64,000 bases of DNA from Spirulina sp. (GCA_044070495.1 JBIPSI010000003.1:64001-128000), one strand, 5' to 3'. Numbered from the stretch's first letter, positions 1-10,173 are shown. Made by a program: numbers and translations. The notes: generated by a model not told the origin, from the letters alone.

Positions 1-444
1 GATGCGGCATGGCTCTGTACCCAGACGGCCCTGGAGATGGCCGACCAACGTAGCACCCTAGCCGATGCCGTTAAGCGCGGCAAGGTGAAGGACGGCGGCG
101 AGGTACTCGACTCCTGGTTTATCCGTAATGGCAAATTCTTAAAGCAGGTACTCACCAGCTTTCTTACCCTGGCCCCCGATGGCGCTCCGCTCTATCGTTT
201 GCCCCCGCCCTGGGAACAATGGCTGGCGAATACCTCCAGCGAACGTAGCCCGGTACGCCACCTGATGGCTCCCAGCCACGACCCGGCTACAGGCGAATGG
301 TTCAGGGGCGAGGGCAACATTGATGACCTCTACTATGCCGCCATGTTCTGCGAAGCGGCCTTCTACATCAAACTCACCACCGGACAGCGATCACCCGCCG
401 CCAAGATGCCCTATCGTTCCAGGGTGGCCCGCCGTCCGTACTAA
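1..444 (+). CDS. C-terminal part of probable terminase large subunit (5' end outside window)
   Basis: Frame is open from base 1; lies upstream of the portal gene; C-terminal 'NIDDLYYAAMFCEAA' resembles the last acidic helix of terminase nuclease domains; inferred mostly from position. Confidence 0.45.
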   Translation, partial: DAAWLCTQTALEMADQRSTLADAVKRGKVKDGGEVLDSWFIRNGKFLKQVLTSFLTLAPDGAPLYRLPPPWEQWLANTSSERSPVRHLMAPSHDPATGEWFRGEGNIDDLYYAAMFCEAAFYIKLTTGQRSPAAKMPYRSRVARRPY

Positions 445-449
445 AGGGA

Positions 450-740
450 TTACGGCTGAGGCTCATCAGGCTCTATATTTAGCTCTTGGCAAAAGGTGAT
501 GTAATGCCCCCGCCCCTCCACTCGCCACCGTCTTGACTTCAGAAATGGCCTCGCTGTTACCCACTCGACCACGGTTGCCTTAGCCAGTGCGATCGCCGAT
601 TCAGGGGACTCGGCCCGGAGTAATGCCCAGTCGGCCCAGCGTAGGACTTTGACGGTGGCCTGGGCGCGTCGTCCGTAGGCATAACCCAAGTTGGCTGACT
701 CGTAGCCACCACTTTGCAGGACAAACACATCTTTCTCCAT
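450..740 (-). CDS. Hypothetical protein
   Basis: 96 aa ORF starting 3 nt after the stop of the upstream - strand gene. Confidence 0.55.
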   Translation of the reverse strand: MEKDVFVLQSGGYESANLGYAYGRRAQATVKVLRWADWALLRAESPESAIALAKATVVEWVTARPFLKSRRWRVEGRGHYITFCQELNIEPDEPQP

Positions 741-743
741 GGT

Positions 744-1571
744 CTAGCCCTCCAGTGTCGGAAACTGCTGCACCTGGAGCGGTTCAGGCCACTCGTTCGG
801 GTCGGTTCCCTTTGCCGTTACCTGGAACGTTAGACCGCCCCTCGTGGGACGAGATCCCGTCTGCTTCATAAACGGAGCTACTTTGTTAGACCGACACCAG
901 GTGATGGCCTGCTCTGCCCAGTCGAGGTCGAAGGGTCTGGCCTTGGGGCCACTCTCGCCGCCAATCACCAACCAACTTAGGAACTCCCAGCCCTGCCAGT
1001 TCACTCGCTCTAGGGCAGGTTCGTAGGAGGCCCAGACCACGGCGCAATACTCAGCCAGTCGTTCCATAAACTCGCGCCGGACGTTGGCACAAGTTTGATC
1101 CTCAACCGTGCAGCCCAGCCAGACGTTAGTAGGTAGGCGGTCGCGATTGTTTAACCTACACCAGTCCATGGTGGCCCTTAGGGCGATGCCGGGGCGCTTA
1201 GTGAGTAGCTGAATAGTTTGGCTTGGCGCGGTTACAGCGGCATCTAGGACGGCGTACTGCCACGATCTGGGCACCCACTCACCGCAAAGGTCAGTCATGG
1301 AGCACACAAAGCGCTTGGCGGGTCGCCTCTTCTTGCTCCAGGCTTTTGGGATAGCCTCATCAAAAAACAGGTCATCTGGAGCCTCACCCGTGTAGGGACG
1401 ATGGCTGGCAAAGGCGAAGAATCCGCTCTGGTTGACGGCCTCCGCATAGCAGTTGGCACAGCCAGGGCTGATTTTTCGGCACCAGTGCCCGCCGTTGCCG
1501 CCAGTAGCACCTCGGCTCAGAAAGATTGGGTTATCGGTGTAGTCTGTCCATGAAATCGCGGTCTTACCCAT
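744..1571 (-). CDS. Phage Gp37/Gp68 family (DUF5131) radical-SAM-like protein
   Basis: Begins 'MGKTAISWTD' and has CRKISPGCANCYAE, FVCSMTDL, LLTKRP, VWLGCTVE and WLVIGGESG motifs typical of the family. Confidence 0.88.
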   Translation of the reverse strand: MGKTAISWTDYTDNPIFLSRGATGGNGGHWCRKISPGCANCYAEAVNQSGFFAFASHRPYTGEAPDDLFFDEAIPKAWSKKRRPAKRFVCSMTDLCGEWVPRSWQYAVLDAAVTAPSQTIQLLTKRPGIALRATMDWCRLNNRDRLPTNVWLGCTVEDQTCANVRREFMERLAEYCAVVWASYEPALERVNWQGWEFLSWLVIGGESGPKARPFDLDWAEQAITWCRSNKVAPFMKQTGSRPTRGGLTFQVTAKGTDPNEWPEPLQVQQFPTLEG

Positions 1572-1622
1572 GATTACAATCTCCACGATTGTGGCTCTAG
1601 GTGAACGTTGGAATAGCTAGAT

Positions 1623-1663
1623 ACAACAGAGCCATGACCCTTGAAAGATCGCGGCTCTGTTGT
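1623..1663. other. Intergenic stem-loop (11-bp perfect stem)
   Basis: ACAACAGAGCC (1623-1633) pairs with GGCTCTGTTGT (1653-1663). Confidence 0.6.
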
Positions 1664-1673
1664 GGTGCAGGGG

Positions 1674-2840
1674 CTAGAGGTCAGCAGCGACGACCTGCGC
1701 CTGGACGGGAGGTAGAACCCGGATGACGGGCTGATCCGTCGGCACATGGATGGCGTTCAGCACCCAGTCGGCCAACGACCGAACCGAGCGGATCATGGTA
1801 GTCGGCTCACCACCACCATCCCAGGTGTAGTAACTGCCGTCATCCAGCGCATTGACACCAACGATCTGACCGTCCCGATAGACCGTGAGCGCCGGGGGCC
1901 AGGTGGCCGGATCACTTGTGATCTGATGCCGAGTAACTACGGGGCGGTGAATGTGATCAATCAGTCGAGTCGGTGCCCCTTGGGCGTGGCAACGGTTTCT
2001 GAATAGTTCAATGTAGCCGTCATCATCTGGCTGGTCAGTCAATGACCAGGCTTCATCGTAGTCAAACTGGGCATCACCATCCCCGTCTTCGTATGCCCCG
2101 CAACACCATGACCATCGATAGACCGTTAAGGGTTCATCGTGACCACAGGGCCACGGGGTATAGGCCGAAGCCGCCGCATCCACAACCGCCAGGATGGCTG
2201 TCTCCTGAGCCTCTAGCTCTTTTTCCAAAGCCTCCTGCTGCGCTATCTCTAGCTTTCGCTGCTGCTCCATGGCCCTGACTCGGCTATACCTATCCTCCTC
2301 CGCTGCTATCGCCGCCCGATTTCGTGCCATCGACTCGCCATACTGATGAACCATGAGGGCAATCATTTCGGGCCAGGACAACATATCGGGCAGGTGGTAG
2401 TCGTCCATGCGGGCCGTGGTGGCGTGGGGCGGAGTCACGGCCCACCGCATATATCCGTTCTCATCTTTGACCGCCATCGGAAAACATAGCGCTACCACAT
2501 CGCCCTTGGATGAGCCGTAGGCTGATTTTGCCCCCGGAAGACTGATTTCGAGATGGCATTCGACCTTCCGGCCCCGGTCATCCTCCACAAAGAACACCGC
2601 CGCTACCTTACCAATCTCAACGTTGGCTCGGTGACACTCCACCTTTAGGCCCATGCCGAGGGCGGTATATAAATCGATTGGGTTGCCCCCGATGATGCCC
2701 ACTCGCTCTAGTACCAGACGCGCATCCGCCTCTGCCCTTGAGATGGCCGCAGATACCTTGGCCTTTAATGCTTCCTGTTGCGCCCGCTCAGCCTGCTCTA
2801 TGCGCTGCTGCGCCTGCTGTGCTAATGCTTGAATACTCAT
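1674..2840 (-). CDS. Hypothetical protein with coiled-coil segments
   Basis: 388 aa ORF with AGAGG-type SD upstream; no family recognised. Confidence 0.75.
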   Translation of the reverse strand: MSIQALAQQAQQRIEQAERAQQEALKAKVSAAISRAEADARLVLERVGIIGGNPIDLYTALGMGLKVECHRANVEIGKVAAVFFVEDDRGRKVECHLEISLPGAKSAYGSSKGDVVALCFPMAVKDENGYMRWAVTPPHATTARMDDYHLPDMLSWPEMIALMVHQYGESMARNRAAIAAEEDRYSRVRAMEQQRKLEIAQQEALEKELEAQETAILAVVDAAASAYTPWPCGHDEPLTVYRWSWCCGAYEDGDGDAQFDYDEAWSLTDQPDDDGYIELFRNRCHAQGAPTRLIDHIHRPVVTRHQITSDPATWPPALTVYRDGQIVGVNALDDGSYYTWDGGGEPTTMIRSVRSLADWVLNAIHVPTDQPVIRVLPPVQAQVVAADL

Positions 2841-2903
2841 GACTACCTCTTGCGGATAAACAAATCAAAGCTGCTCACATGGTCGTGGGTAGCTCAGGAA
2901 CAA

Positions 2904-3119
2904 TTACTCAGAAACAGACTTAAAGCCCGCCACAAAGGCCATTGCGAACGGGTGACTGGAGCGAACAACGGGCACCGACCGATCCCCAACCTTAGCGATT
3001 GAGGGCAGCTTGATGTGGGTTCGTGCCCACTGCTGTCCAGCCTCATAGCAGCGCATCTCGATCTCCTGGTAGTAGTCGGGTAGACATCTACACCCGAAGG
3101 ACGCATAGGCAAATTTCAT
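2904..3119 (-). CDS. Hypothetical protein
   Basis: 71 aa ORF with GAGG SD; first gene of the - strand cluster. Confidence 0.55.
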   Translation of the reverse strand: MKFAYASFGCRCLPDYYQEIEMRCYEAGQQWARTHIKLPSIAKVGDRSVPVVRSSHPFAMAFVAGFKSVSE

Positions 3120-3220
3120 GGCGTGACCTCTTTTGAACTTAAGTATATTATATCGTAAACAAGCCGGGATAAAAGCAAGTAATGCGGAAGGTTGCGATAG
3201 ATTTTGTATGGAGGTGCCCC

Positions 3221-4699
3221 ATGGTCGATTTGCTGCGGCTGAACGAGCGATACTATTCCGACTCCCACTGGTTTGCGTGGATCGGGCCGATCCTGCCGCC
3301 GACGGATGCCGATGCGGCCAGGGTTAATGCGGAGGTTGAGCGAGTATTTCAGGAGTCGAATAAGATCCGCGAGTGCGTAGATAGGCATCGACGGGCCTTG
3401 ACTGCTAAGCCTGCGGCCTGGTCTTTTGCTCACCCCCAGGGCAGCGAGGGCGAGGAATTTATGAACCTGCTGCTGGGCTGGATGGTAGGGCGTTCAGGGC
3501 GTTCGCGTCAGCCAGAGCACGGTGAACCGATATCGTTCCCGAATGCGATTGCGGAGGCGGTGCATTATCGGTTGCTGGGCGGCAAGGGCTACCTACGGTT
3601 ATGGCTTCCTGAACGACTCCAGACGGCGGAGCCATGGCAGCGGGTTGCTCTACACTCCCCCGACCCCAATGCCGTCACCGTTGAGCGGGATGCTGATGGG
3701 TTTCCGTGGCGCATCATCTACGAATACACCCACGCCGATGAAACGTGGCGAGAGGTGCAGGAGCTGGATGATCAAGGGCTAACCCAGTTCCGCACGGAGG
3801 ATAGCGGGGGCAGTGTCGTGAGCGGATCGGAGTATGCCCTCGAACTGGGCGGTCGGTTCACGATTGCTGAGATCCAGGGCACTCCGATTGTGCGGGCAGC
3901 GGAGCGTCGTTTGCAGGACGGGATTAACTACATCCTCACCCTGATGATTCGCAACCTTCAGTACGGTGGCTTCCTGCGAGACATCATCATCAACGGAATG
4001 CCCCCCGGCGAGTACGACAGTGCGGGGCGGTTCATCCCTGACCCTGGTGGCTGGGTCGAGGGGCCGGGGGCCAAACTAGAGGTAACGGGTATCCCGGTCT
4101 ACGATGCCGAGGGCAACGTCACGGGCTACACCACCCCCAGCGTGGACACTCGCAACCCGGTCGGCGTTGAACCGTTCCTCACCTCCTATCGCTCTAACGT
4201 GGCCCTGCTCTACGAGAGCTTTGGGCAGGGGCATATCCTGAGCAACGACTTGGCCATTTCCGGGGTATCCAGGGTACAGCTTCGCCAAGACTTCGTGAAT
4301 GCCGTTGCTGAGGATGCTGCGGCCCTGCGTATCGCCCTCAGCGACATCTATGCCGTTGCTTATCTATTGGCCAGTCCCGCCCCCGCCGATCCCTTGCTCA
4401 GCATTATCGTCGAATCTCGACTCAGCATTTCTGACCCAACCCCTGAAGAAGTCAGAACCCTCATCGAAACCCATGCCGCTCGCCTCCGCTCTACCCACAA
4501 CACCATGGCCCTGCTGGGCATCGAAAATCCCGCCGCCGAAATGGAGGCCATCGCAGAGGAAGAGGCCGAGCGCATGGCCGCGCACCAACTCACCCGCGAT
4601 GACCTCCTGAATGATGAGAACGATGAGGACGGCGAGGGCGACGAAACAGAGGACAGCGACCAAGAGCAGGAGGCTGCGGATGATGCCCCCGTGGCCTAA
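3221..4699 (+). CDS. Phage portal protein
   Basis: ~490 aa with acidic C-terminal tail; directly precedes the minor head gene; GGAGG SD before ATG 3221. Confidence 0.72.
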   Translation: MVDLLRLNERYYSDSHWFAWIGPILPPTDADAARVNAEVERVFQESNKIRECVDRHRRALTAKPAAWSFAHPQGSEGEEFMNLLLGWMVGRSGRSRQPEHGEPISFPNAIAEAVHYRLLGGKGYLRLWLPERLQTAEPWQRVALHSPDPNAVTVERDADGFPWRIIYEYTHADETWREVQELDDQGLTQFRTEDSGGSVVSGSEYALELGGRFTIAEIQGTPIVRAAERRLQDGINYILTLMIRNLQYGGFLRDIIINGMPPGEYDSAGRFIPDPGGWVEGPGAKLEVTGIPVYDAEGNVTGYTTPSVDTRNPVGVEPFLTSYRSNVALLYESFGQGHILSNDLAISGVSRVQLRQDFVNAVAEDAAALRIALSDIYAVAYLLASPAPADPLLSIIVESRLSISDPTPEEVRTLIETHAARLRSTHNTMALLGIENPAAEMEAIAEEEAERMAAHQLTRDDLLNDENDEDGEGDETEDSDQEQEAADDAPVA

Positions 4700-4738
4700 C
4701 CGTTACCTCGTATCGATGACAAAGGACTGGGATCTTCC

Positions 4739-5695
4739 ATGGCCAATCGAGCACAGCGCATGATCCAGGTGGCGGAGCGCTATGACCGTCTCACCAGCCG
4801 CGCCGAGGCTTCCGTCGTTGGGGCGATGCATACCGCTATCGACCGGGCCTACCGAGAGCTGGTGATGGAACTGGAACAAGGCTGGAGCGCAATCGCGGCC
4901 AATAAGTCCCTCATTCCCCAGCAGCAACGCCTCCTGTTGATCGACCAACTGGGCGAACTCTTGCAGGTGATCCGCCCTAGCCGTAGGGCCGAGTACGAAA
5001 AGATGTTGGCCGATGCCATTGAGCGAGGCGATGCCCTGGGGGCCGAATACCTGAGCCGGGTCAATGTGGTGCTTCAGCCTAGCGCTGACCAGCGGGCCGC
5101 ACTGGAGGCGACGACGGGGGTGCCGCTGGATGCCCTACGCCATCAGGTCACGGATGGACTACGACGGCTTTACTACCACGGGGGCAACTTGTCTGAGCAA
5201 ATCCCCCTGATCGTAGAGCAAGGACTACTTCAGAACTGGGGCATTCGCCGCACTGCCGCTGCTATCGAATCCACCGCTGGAGTCGTCAAGGCCCAGGCTG
5301 AAACCATTGCTCGCACCCAGGTGATGGGTGCCTTCAACGGAGCTACGCGATCCCGGCTGATCGAAAGCGATAGCTGGGCGCAGTGGATTGCCGTTGGCGA
5401 CTCTCGCACCTGTCCGGCCTGCTCCTACCGCAATACGCGGGTCTACAAACCACGGGACATCGAGATTCCGTGCCATGCCCGATGCCGTTGCATCCTGTCT
5501 CCCATGCGCCGAGACTGGTTGAACGACCCAGACTTCTTCAGCGACGATGATCTGGCTGAGATGGAACGATATCGGCAAGAAGGCTTAGATGCCCTCGCCA
5601 CCACCGGGAAGAAGCCCCGTCCTGGTGCGCCCTTCGATCCCAATAAAAAACCACCCCGGCCCGTTTGGACACCGGGGCAGTTTAGGCCCACTTGA
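4739..5695 (+). CDS. Phage minor head morphogenesis protein (Mu gpF / SPP1 gp7 family)
   Basis: ETIARTQ...WIAVGDSRTCPAC...IPCHARCRC motifs. Confidence 0.88.
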   Translation: MANRAQRMIQVAERYDRLTSRAEASVVGAMHTAIDRAYRELVMELEQGWSAIAANKSLIPQQQRLLLIDQLGELLQVIRPSRRAEYEKMLADAIERGDALGAEYLSRVNVVLQPSADQRAALEATTGVPLDALRHQVTDGLRRLYYHGGNLSEQIPLIVEQGLLQNWGIRRTAAAIESTAGVVKAQAETIARTQVMGAFNGATRSRLIESDSWAQWIAVGDSRTCPACSYRNTRVYKPRDIEIPCHARCRCILSPMRRDWLNDPDFFSDDDLAEMERYRQEGLDALATTGKKPRPGAPFDPNKKPPRPVWTPGQFRPT

Positions 5696-5717
5696 AAATG
5701 GCAACACCGTTGCCGAT

Positions 5718-6104
5718 TTAGAACGGTGGTTCGATGCTCTCATGATCAATCGCGGATTGCTCTGCGAGGGCATTGAGGGCAGCGCTGAAGGCGGCGATGG
5801 CATAGCTGGAGTCGCTTTCCCTTCGGTATAGGAGTCCTCCACATCGGCCAAAGGCTTCGACGGTGATCCGGTGGCCCTGGGTGCGCCAGCGAATTAGATA
5901 AACGTCAATCCAAGCGCTACCTTCGGGTTTGCCGTAGAACTTTTGCAGGTATTGCTTGAAGAAGGGTTCGACTACCCTCACATCACCCAGGCTGTTGGTC
6001 ATGACCTCAATGCAGTGAGCGGCACTCTCCGGCCATGGCAGGTCAGGATCGGAGCGATACTCGATAACTTCGCAGGCATCGTTGAAGAAAATCCACAGCA
6101 TCAT
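5718..6104 (-). CDS. Hypothetical protein (antisense cargo)
   Basis: 128 aa ORF with ATGA overlap with the upstream - strand ORF. Confidence 0.6.
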   Translation of the reverse strand: MMLWIFFNDACEVIEYRSDPDLPWPESAAHCIEVMTNSLGDVRVVEPFFKQYLQKFYGKPEGSAWIDVYLIRWRTQGHRITVEAFGRCGGLLYRRESDSSYAIAAFSAALNALAEQSAIDHESIEPPF

Positions 6105-6499
6105 GACCGTTGACCTTCCTTCACCTTGGCGGTGGCAGAGCGCGACTTACCCGACCCACCAATAGCACGACGGCTCTGCCGGGATGACGTGGTTGCTCGT
6201 TGTGTCCGTGCTGGGGTTGCCGGGACACCCTCAGTCAGGGCAACGGGTTTGGCCGTCGCCTCCGCTGCCTCCGCCAATAGTTCCGGTAGGCTGGGCAGAT
6301 CAATGTCAGGAATGTCGCTGGGGCGAGAATCACTGCCCCGCAGCCACAGAACACCGACAATCGCGATTGCATAACAAACAAAATCAAAGGCTTCCATCTC
6401 GAAGACTCCTGTCCGACGATTGGCAATACTCAAAAATCTGAACGTCGCTTCTACTTCGGCGACCACCCCCTCTCCCTTGGGGCTGTTTATATAATACAT
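6101..6499 (-). CDS. Hypothetical protein with one hydrophobic segment (start uncertain)
   Basis: 'FVCYAIAIVGVLWL' hydrophobic stretch followed by a low-complexity tail. Confidence 0.5.
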   Translation of the reverse strand: MYYINSPKGEGVVAEVEATFRFLSIANRRTGVFEMEAFDFVCYAIAIVGVLWLRGSDSRPSDIPDIDLPSLPELLAEAAEATAKPVALTEGVPATPARTQRATTSSRQSRRAIGGSGKSRSATAKVKEGQRS

Positions 6500-6609
6500 C
6501 GGAGCAGGCTAGAGCGGGACTGTTTCCAGAAATTTATAAACGGGATACGATTCTCGCATTGCCTGAGCGGGATGTGCCTAGAATCGGGTCGGAGAGTTTG
6601 GTGAACATC

Positions 6610-7362
6610 ATGGACATAGCGGTTGCAATCGCGACGATCAACGGTAGTGAGTTGGGCCAGAAGGCGGAGGTGGTAGCGGCCATCGAGGCGCTACGTACTG
6701 AGCTATCTACGGCTAAGGCGCAGGTTGACGGATTGACGGAGGAACGTAGCAAGCTGGCTGAGAACAACGCGGGTCTCCTGGCCCAGAAGGCCAACGCCAA
6801 TGCTCGACTTAAGGATCTAGAAAAGAAGATCTCGGAGTTGACTGCCGTCATCGCAACGGATGGCGAGGATCAGGATGCCACCCTAGAACGGCTCAAAGGA
6901 CTGGGTGAGGAATTGCAGCAGGCTAAGGCCGACCTTGCCAATGCGCAGCAGCGGGAGGCGGAGGCGATTGCGGCTAAGGCGGGCCTAGAGCAACAACTGG
7001 TCTATCGGGACGCTGGCGCTAAGCTGGGCGTTGAAACGGTTGTTTTTGAGAAACTGCTGGAGCTGCCCGGTGATCGCATCATCATCGATGACGATGGCGT
7101 GAAGGTCAGGGGCGAGGGCGACGACGCTAAGCTCGTTCCCTTTGACGACTATCTTGCCACCCAGACCGAGGCGGTTCAACGCATGGTCAAGCTGGCCATG
7201 GGCGGCACCGATAGCAACGGTCAACCTGTTAGCGGGACAGCACCGAATGGCCGTAAACCTGGCCCCAGTGCTCCACCCACCAGCGGCAAGCCTAAGCCCT
7301 CGGCAACCGAGGCTGTCGAAGCCCTTGGGTTTAAGGGGCCAGCGTTCCAAAGAAAAGGTTAA
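6610..7362 (+). CDS. Phage scaffolding protein
   Basis: Long coiled coil with Pro/Gly-rich C-terminus, upstream of decoration and capsid genes. Confidence 0.7.
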   Translation: MDIAVAIATINGSELGQKAEVVAAIEALRTELSTAKAQVDGLTEERSKLAENNAGLLAQKANANARLKDLEKKISELTAVIATDGEDQDATLERLKGLGEELQQAKADLANAQQREAEAIAAKAGLEQQLVYRDAGAKLGVETVVFEKLLELPGDRIIIDDDGVKVRGEGDDAKLVPFDDYLATQTEAVQRMVKLAMGGTDSNGQPVSGTAPNGRKPGPSAPPTSGKPKPSATEAVEALGFKGPAFQRKG

Positions 7363-7484
7363 TTCCAGGGATCGCGGCGAAAGATGTTCGATAGGATGAA
7401 GGGGCCAGCGGCTAAGTAGCGGCTGGTTCTGGCTGTGTAGCCACCCTGGCCGAGTATCGGCTGTTGTCCCGAAGGGTTGATGCT

Positions 7485-8153
7485 ATGCAGACCAAACCAA
7501 AAATTAACTGGTCAGATATTGAGTATTCTTCGCCGCCGTGGATGGGTACGCCCCAGGTGGCCGATAAGGTATTGCTACCCGGTGGCGCTACGTTGAATCC
7601 CAGCGCCTTTGACGGATCGTTCACCCTCACGATTGCGGCGGAGGCCGTGGCGGATGGTGCCACCGTTCTATCTGTGACCTGCCCTGAAACGAAGCTTGTG
7701 CCCAAGGGTACGGTGCTCGCCTTCGCAGTGGGTGAGACGGTCGCCACCGACGTGATCGTAACCGCTGACCATACCGTTGGCCCCATCGTCTCCAACTTGC
7801 CCGTCACGGGGATTGGCTCCGAAGCAAAGCCTGCGGCGGGCATGACCGTCACGTTGCCTGCCATTGCGGGACGACACCTGGTTGAGTCTGGCATCCTGGT
7901 GGGTCGCACCTACGCGGAGCGGGCGGCGGGTCTAGGCTACCGTCCGGTCACGGTCGATAACCTGTCCGCCATGGAGCAGATCTACCTGCTAGCCTTTCCG
8001 TTGCCAGACGTATGGGACTCGAACTTTGCTGAGCTATACATGCACGGCAATGTCGTCTACGAAGATAAGCTCCCTGGCTTCACCGACTTGGCCGCTACCG
8101 TACAGGCCAAGATCCGCGACTTGTATGTCTGCATCTTGTTTGGAGGTGAGTAG
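7485..8153 (+). CDS. Probable head decoration / minor capsid protein
   Basis: Beta-rich ~220 aa protein between scaffold and capsid genes; 'VESGILVGRTYAER' segment. Confidence 0.6.
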   Translation: MQTKPKINWSDIEYSSPPWMGTPQVADKVLLPGGATLNPSAFDGSFTLTIAAEAVADGATVLSVTCPETKLVPKGTVLAFAVGETVATDVIVTADHTVGPIVSNLPVTGIGSEAKPAAGMTVTLPAIAGRHLVESGILVGRTYAERAAGLGYRPVTVDNLSAMEQIYLLAFPLPDVWDSNFAELYMHGNVVYEDKLPGFTDLAATVQAKIRDLYVCILFGGE

Positions 8154-8155
8154 CC

Positions 8156-9292
8156 ATGGCTGACCTATACCAACTGTGGGCCAACCTCCTAGAAGAGGAA
8201 TTTCCAGATCGGGTGATGGCCAGCCCTGCCATTCAGTTTGGGACAGACCGCAAGCGTTACCTCGGTGCTGAGCTACTGCCAGAACAACTCGTTGACCGGA
8301 ACGAATATACCGAAACGAAGGTGGTCTTCAAGACCTTCCCCGCCCTGGATGGCACCCGGTACAGTGAACCGAAAATGCAGGGGCAACAGCTCGTTGGTTC
8401 GTTCCGCGTCACCCTGGGCGAAGTGGATACGGCCTCCCAACTTACGGGGAATGATTTAGATGTTCTGATGCGGGTGGCGGAACGTGACCCGGCGCAGGCC
8501 GTGCGGCGGCTGCGTTCTTGGATCATCAATATGTTTCCGGTGTCCTTGGCGGAGAAGGCCGAGATTCAACGCTGGCAAGCCTTTGTGGATGCCGCCGTGC
8601 CCATCAAAGGCCAGGACGGCAACGACGAGGTGATCCAATTGCCTAATCCCCATGGCCACCGTCGCACCATCCTTGGCGGTACCCTCAATAGCCCCGCTGG
8701 ATGGTACGGCTCGGATTACGACCCCATTGATGACTTCATGGCTGTGCGTTCCCTAGCGGCGAGTAAAGGCTACACAATTCGGCGCATCGTGGGCGACTCC
8801 GACATCACCATGGCCATCGCCACCAATGACATCATGCGCTCCCGCGTTTCCGGTACCTTGCGGATTGACGGGGGCACCCTGGTGTCCTTGGGGGGTGGCA
8901 TTCTGTCCCTGGCCCAGGTCAATGCCTACCTCGGCAGCAACTACGGCCTTCCCGCCATCGAAGAGTACGACACGACCTATAACTCACTCGCGGCTCCTGG
9001 TCAGGCGTTCTTCAAGCCACGGGGCGCGTTGTGCTTTTTCTGTACAACGGGGCGGGATGCGGAGTTCATCTCCGGTGACGATACCGTGGACTATGAAATT
9101 ATCCCGGATACCCTGGGCTACTACGCCATCGGCACCGCCGTGGGTCAGACCAGCCCCGGCAAGGTATTTGGCAGTGAGGTGAAGACGATGAAGCCCGTGG
9201 GCATCTATGGGCAAGGGTTCCAAACCTCATTTCCGGTGGTGACTGAACCCGAAGCCGTCTTTGTGCTCCATATTGGCAAGCCAGAAGACTAA
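8156..9292 (+). CDS. Major capsid protein (lambda gpE-like, HK97 fold)
   Basis: 378 aa; position after scaffold/decoration; strong GGAGG SD; C-terminal 'GFQTSFPVVTEPEAVFVL' is typical. Confidence 0.8.
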   Translation: MADLYQLWANLLEEEFPDRVMASPAIQFGTDRKRYLGAELLPEQLVDRNEYTETKVVFKTFPALDGTRYSEPKMQGQQLVGSFRVTLGEVDTASQLTGNDLDVLMRVAERDPAQAVRRLRSWIINMFPVSLAEKAEIQRWQAFVDAAVPIKGQDGNDEVIQLPNPHGHRRTILGGTLNSPAGWYGSDYDPIDDFMAVRSLAASKGYTIRRIVGDSDITMAIATNDIMRSRVSGTLRIDGGTLVSLGGGILSLAQVNAYLGSNYGLPAIEEYDTTYNSLAAPGQAFFKPRGALCFFCTTGRDAEFISGDDTVDYEIIPDTLGYYAIGTAVGQTSPGKVFGSEVKTMKPVGIYGQGFQTSFPVVTEPEAVFVLHIGKPED

Positions 9293-9645
9293 TGTTCCAG
9301 ACCCAACTCTCTACCGCCTATGGCTGGCGGGGCAGGCTCTATGGCCCTGGCCCTGCCAGCATTCCTGACGATCTAGCCAGGGTCATGGGGCTGCTGCCGA
9401 CGACCCCAGATTCGGCCCCCGCGCCGCCCCCGCCCCCAGTTGCGCCCCCGGCCCTAGCCCTAATCAACGCGGCTGATAAGCCGCGAACCCTCGCCGTCAT
9501 TCCAACCATTGGCCCCAAGGCGGGGGCTATCATCCTGGAGCAGCGGCCCGTGGATGGCTACGCTGGGCTATCGGTGCTGCCCCCCGCCATCTTTGACCCA
9601 CCCTTTAACTGCGACCTGGCCCAGATTGAATCCTGGGAGGGCTAA
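9292..9645 (+). CDS. Small protein with helix-hairpin-helix (ComEA-like) motif
   Basis: 'LINAAD...LAVIPTIGPKAGAIILEQR' HhH pattern; TAATG overlap with capsid gene. Confidence 0.65.
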   Translation: MFQTQLSTAYGWRGRLYGPGPASIPDDLARVMGLLPTTPDSAPAPPPPPVAPPALALINAADKPRTLAVIPTIGPKAGAIILEQRPVDGYAGLSVLPPAIFDPPFNCDLAQIESWEG

Positions 9646-9647
9646 CC

Positions 9648-10082
9648 ATGGCCTACCTTGAAAAGTCAGCCGCCCTCGCCGCTGTCCTAGAACTGCCCGC
9701 CGTGCGCTCCTTGCCCACCGAGCCAGATCATGGGTTTCTTGATACGCTCCTGATCGCCAGCGCCGGACGACCACGGGCCACCCTCACGCGCAACGGCGTC
9801 CTCTTTGCCCAGGGCACCACCGTCTACCGCCATTACTTTGTCGGAGCGCGGTTCCTCGAAACCCTCCGCTCTCAGCACGTCCTGGAGTCGGGGCAGGGGG
9901 CAAAGTTCACGGGGCTGAAGGTACCCATCGCCTCGTTGATGGCACTTCAGAACGGGGACGACCTTAGCCTCAACCTGGAGGTACCCCACGGCTATGAGGC
10001 CGTCGCCGTCACCATGGCCCAGAGCACAGGCGCTAAGCCCTTCATTGCCAGTCGTTCATCGACCACAACCCTACGCCCGTAG
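9648..10082 (+). CDS. Probable head-tail adaptor
   Basis: 144 aa; GGAGG SD; position after capsid. Confidence 0.5.
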   Translation: MAYLEKSAALAAVLELPAVRSLPTEPDHGFLDTLLIASAGRPRATLTRNGVLFAQGTTVYRHYFVGARFLETLRSQHVLESGQGAKFTGLKVPIASLMALQNGDDLSLNLEVPHGYEAVAVTMAQSTGAKPFIASRSSTTTLRP

Positions 10083-10173
10083 CCCAACCCGCTGGGATCG
10101 CCGCAGTTCCTCAAGCGGCGGCCTGAGTTGCCCGTTAATCGTTATGTTTTGGCAACGCCGTTGCCGATTTGTT

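Noticed and set aside
2869..2894. Hairpin AGCTGCTCAC/GTGGGTAGCT as a terminator
   Set aside because: The stem relies on G-U pairs that form only on the + strand, while the flanking genes and T-rich tract are on the - strand.
3116..3433. - strand 105-aa ORF overlapping the portal start
   Set aside because: It is antisense to the portal gene and spans the AT-rich divergent promoter region; likely spurious.
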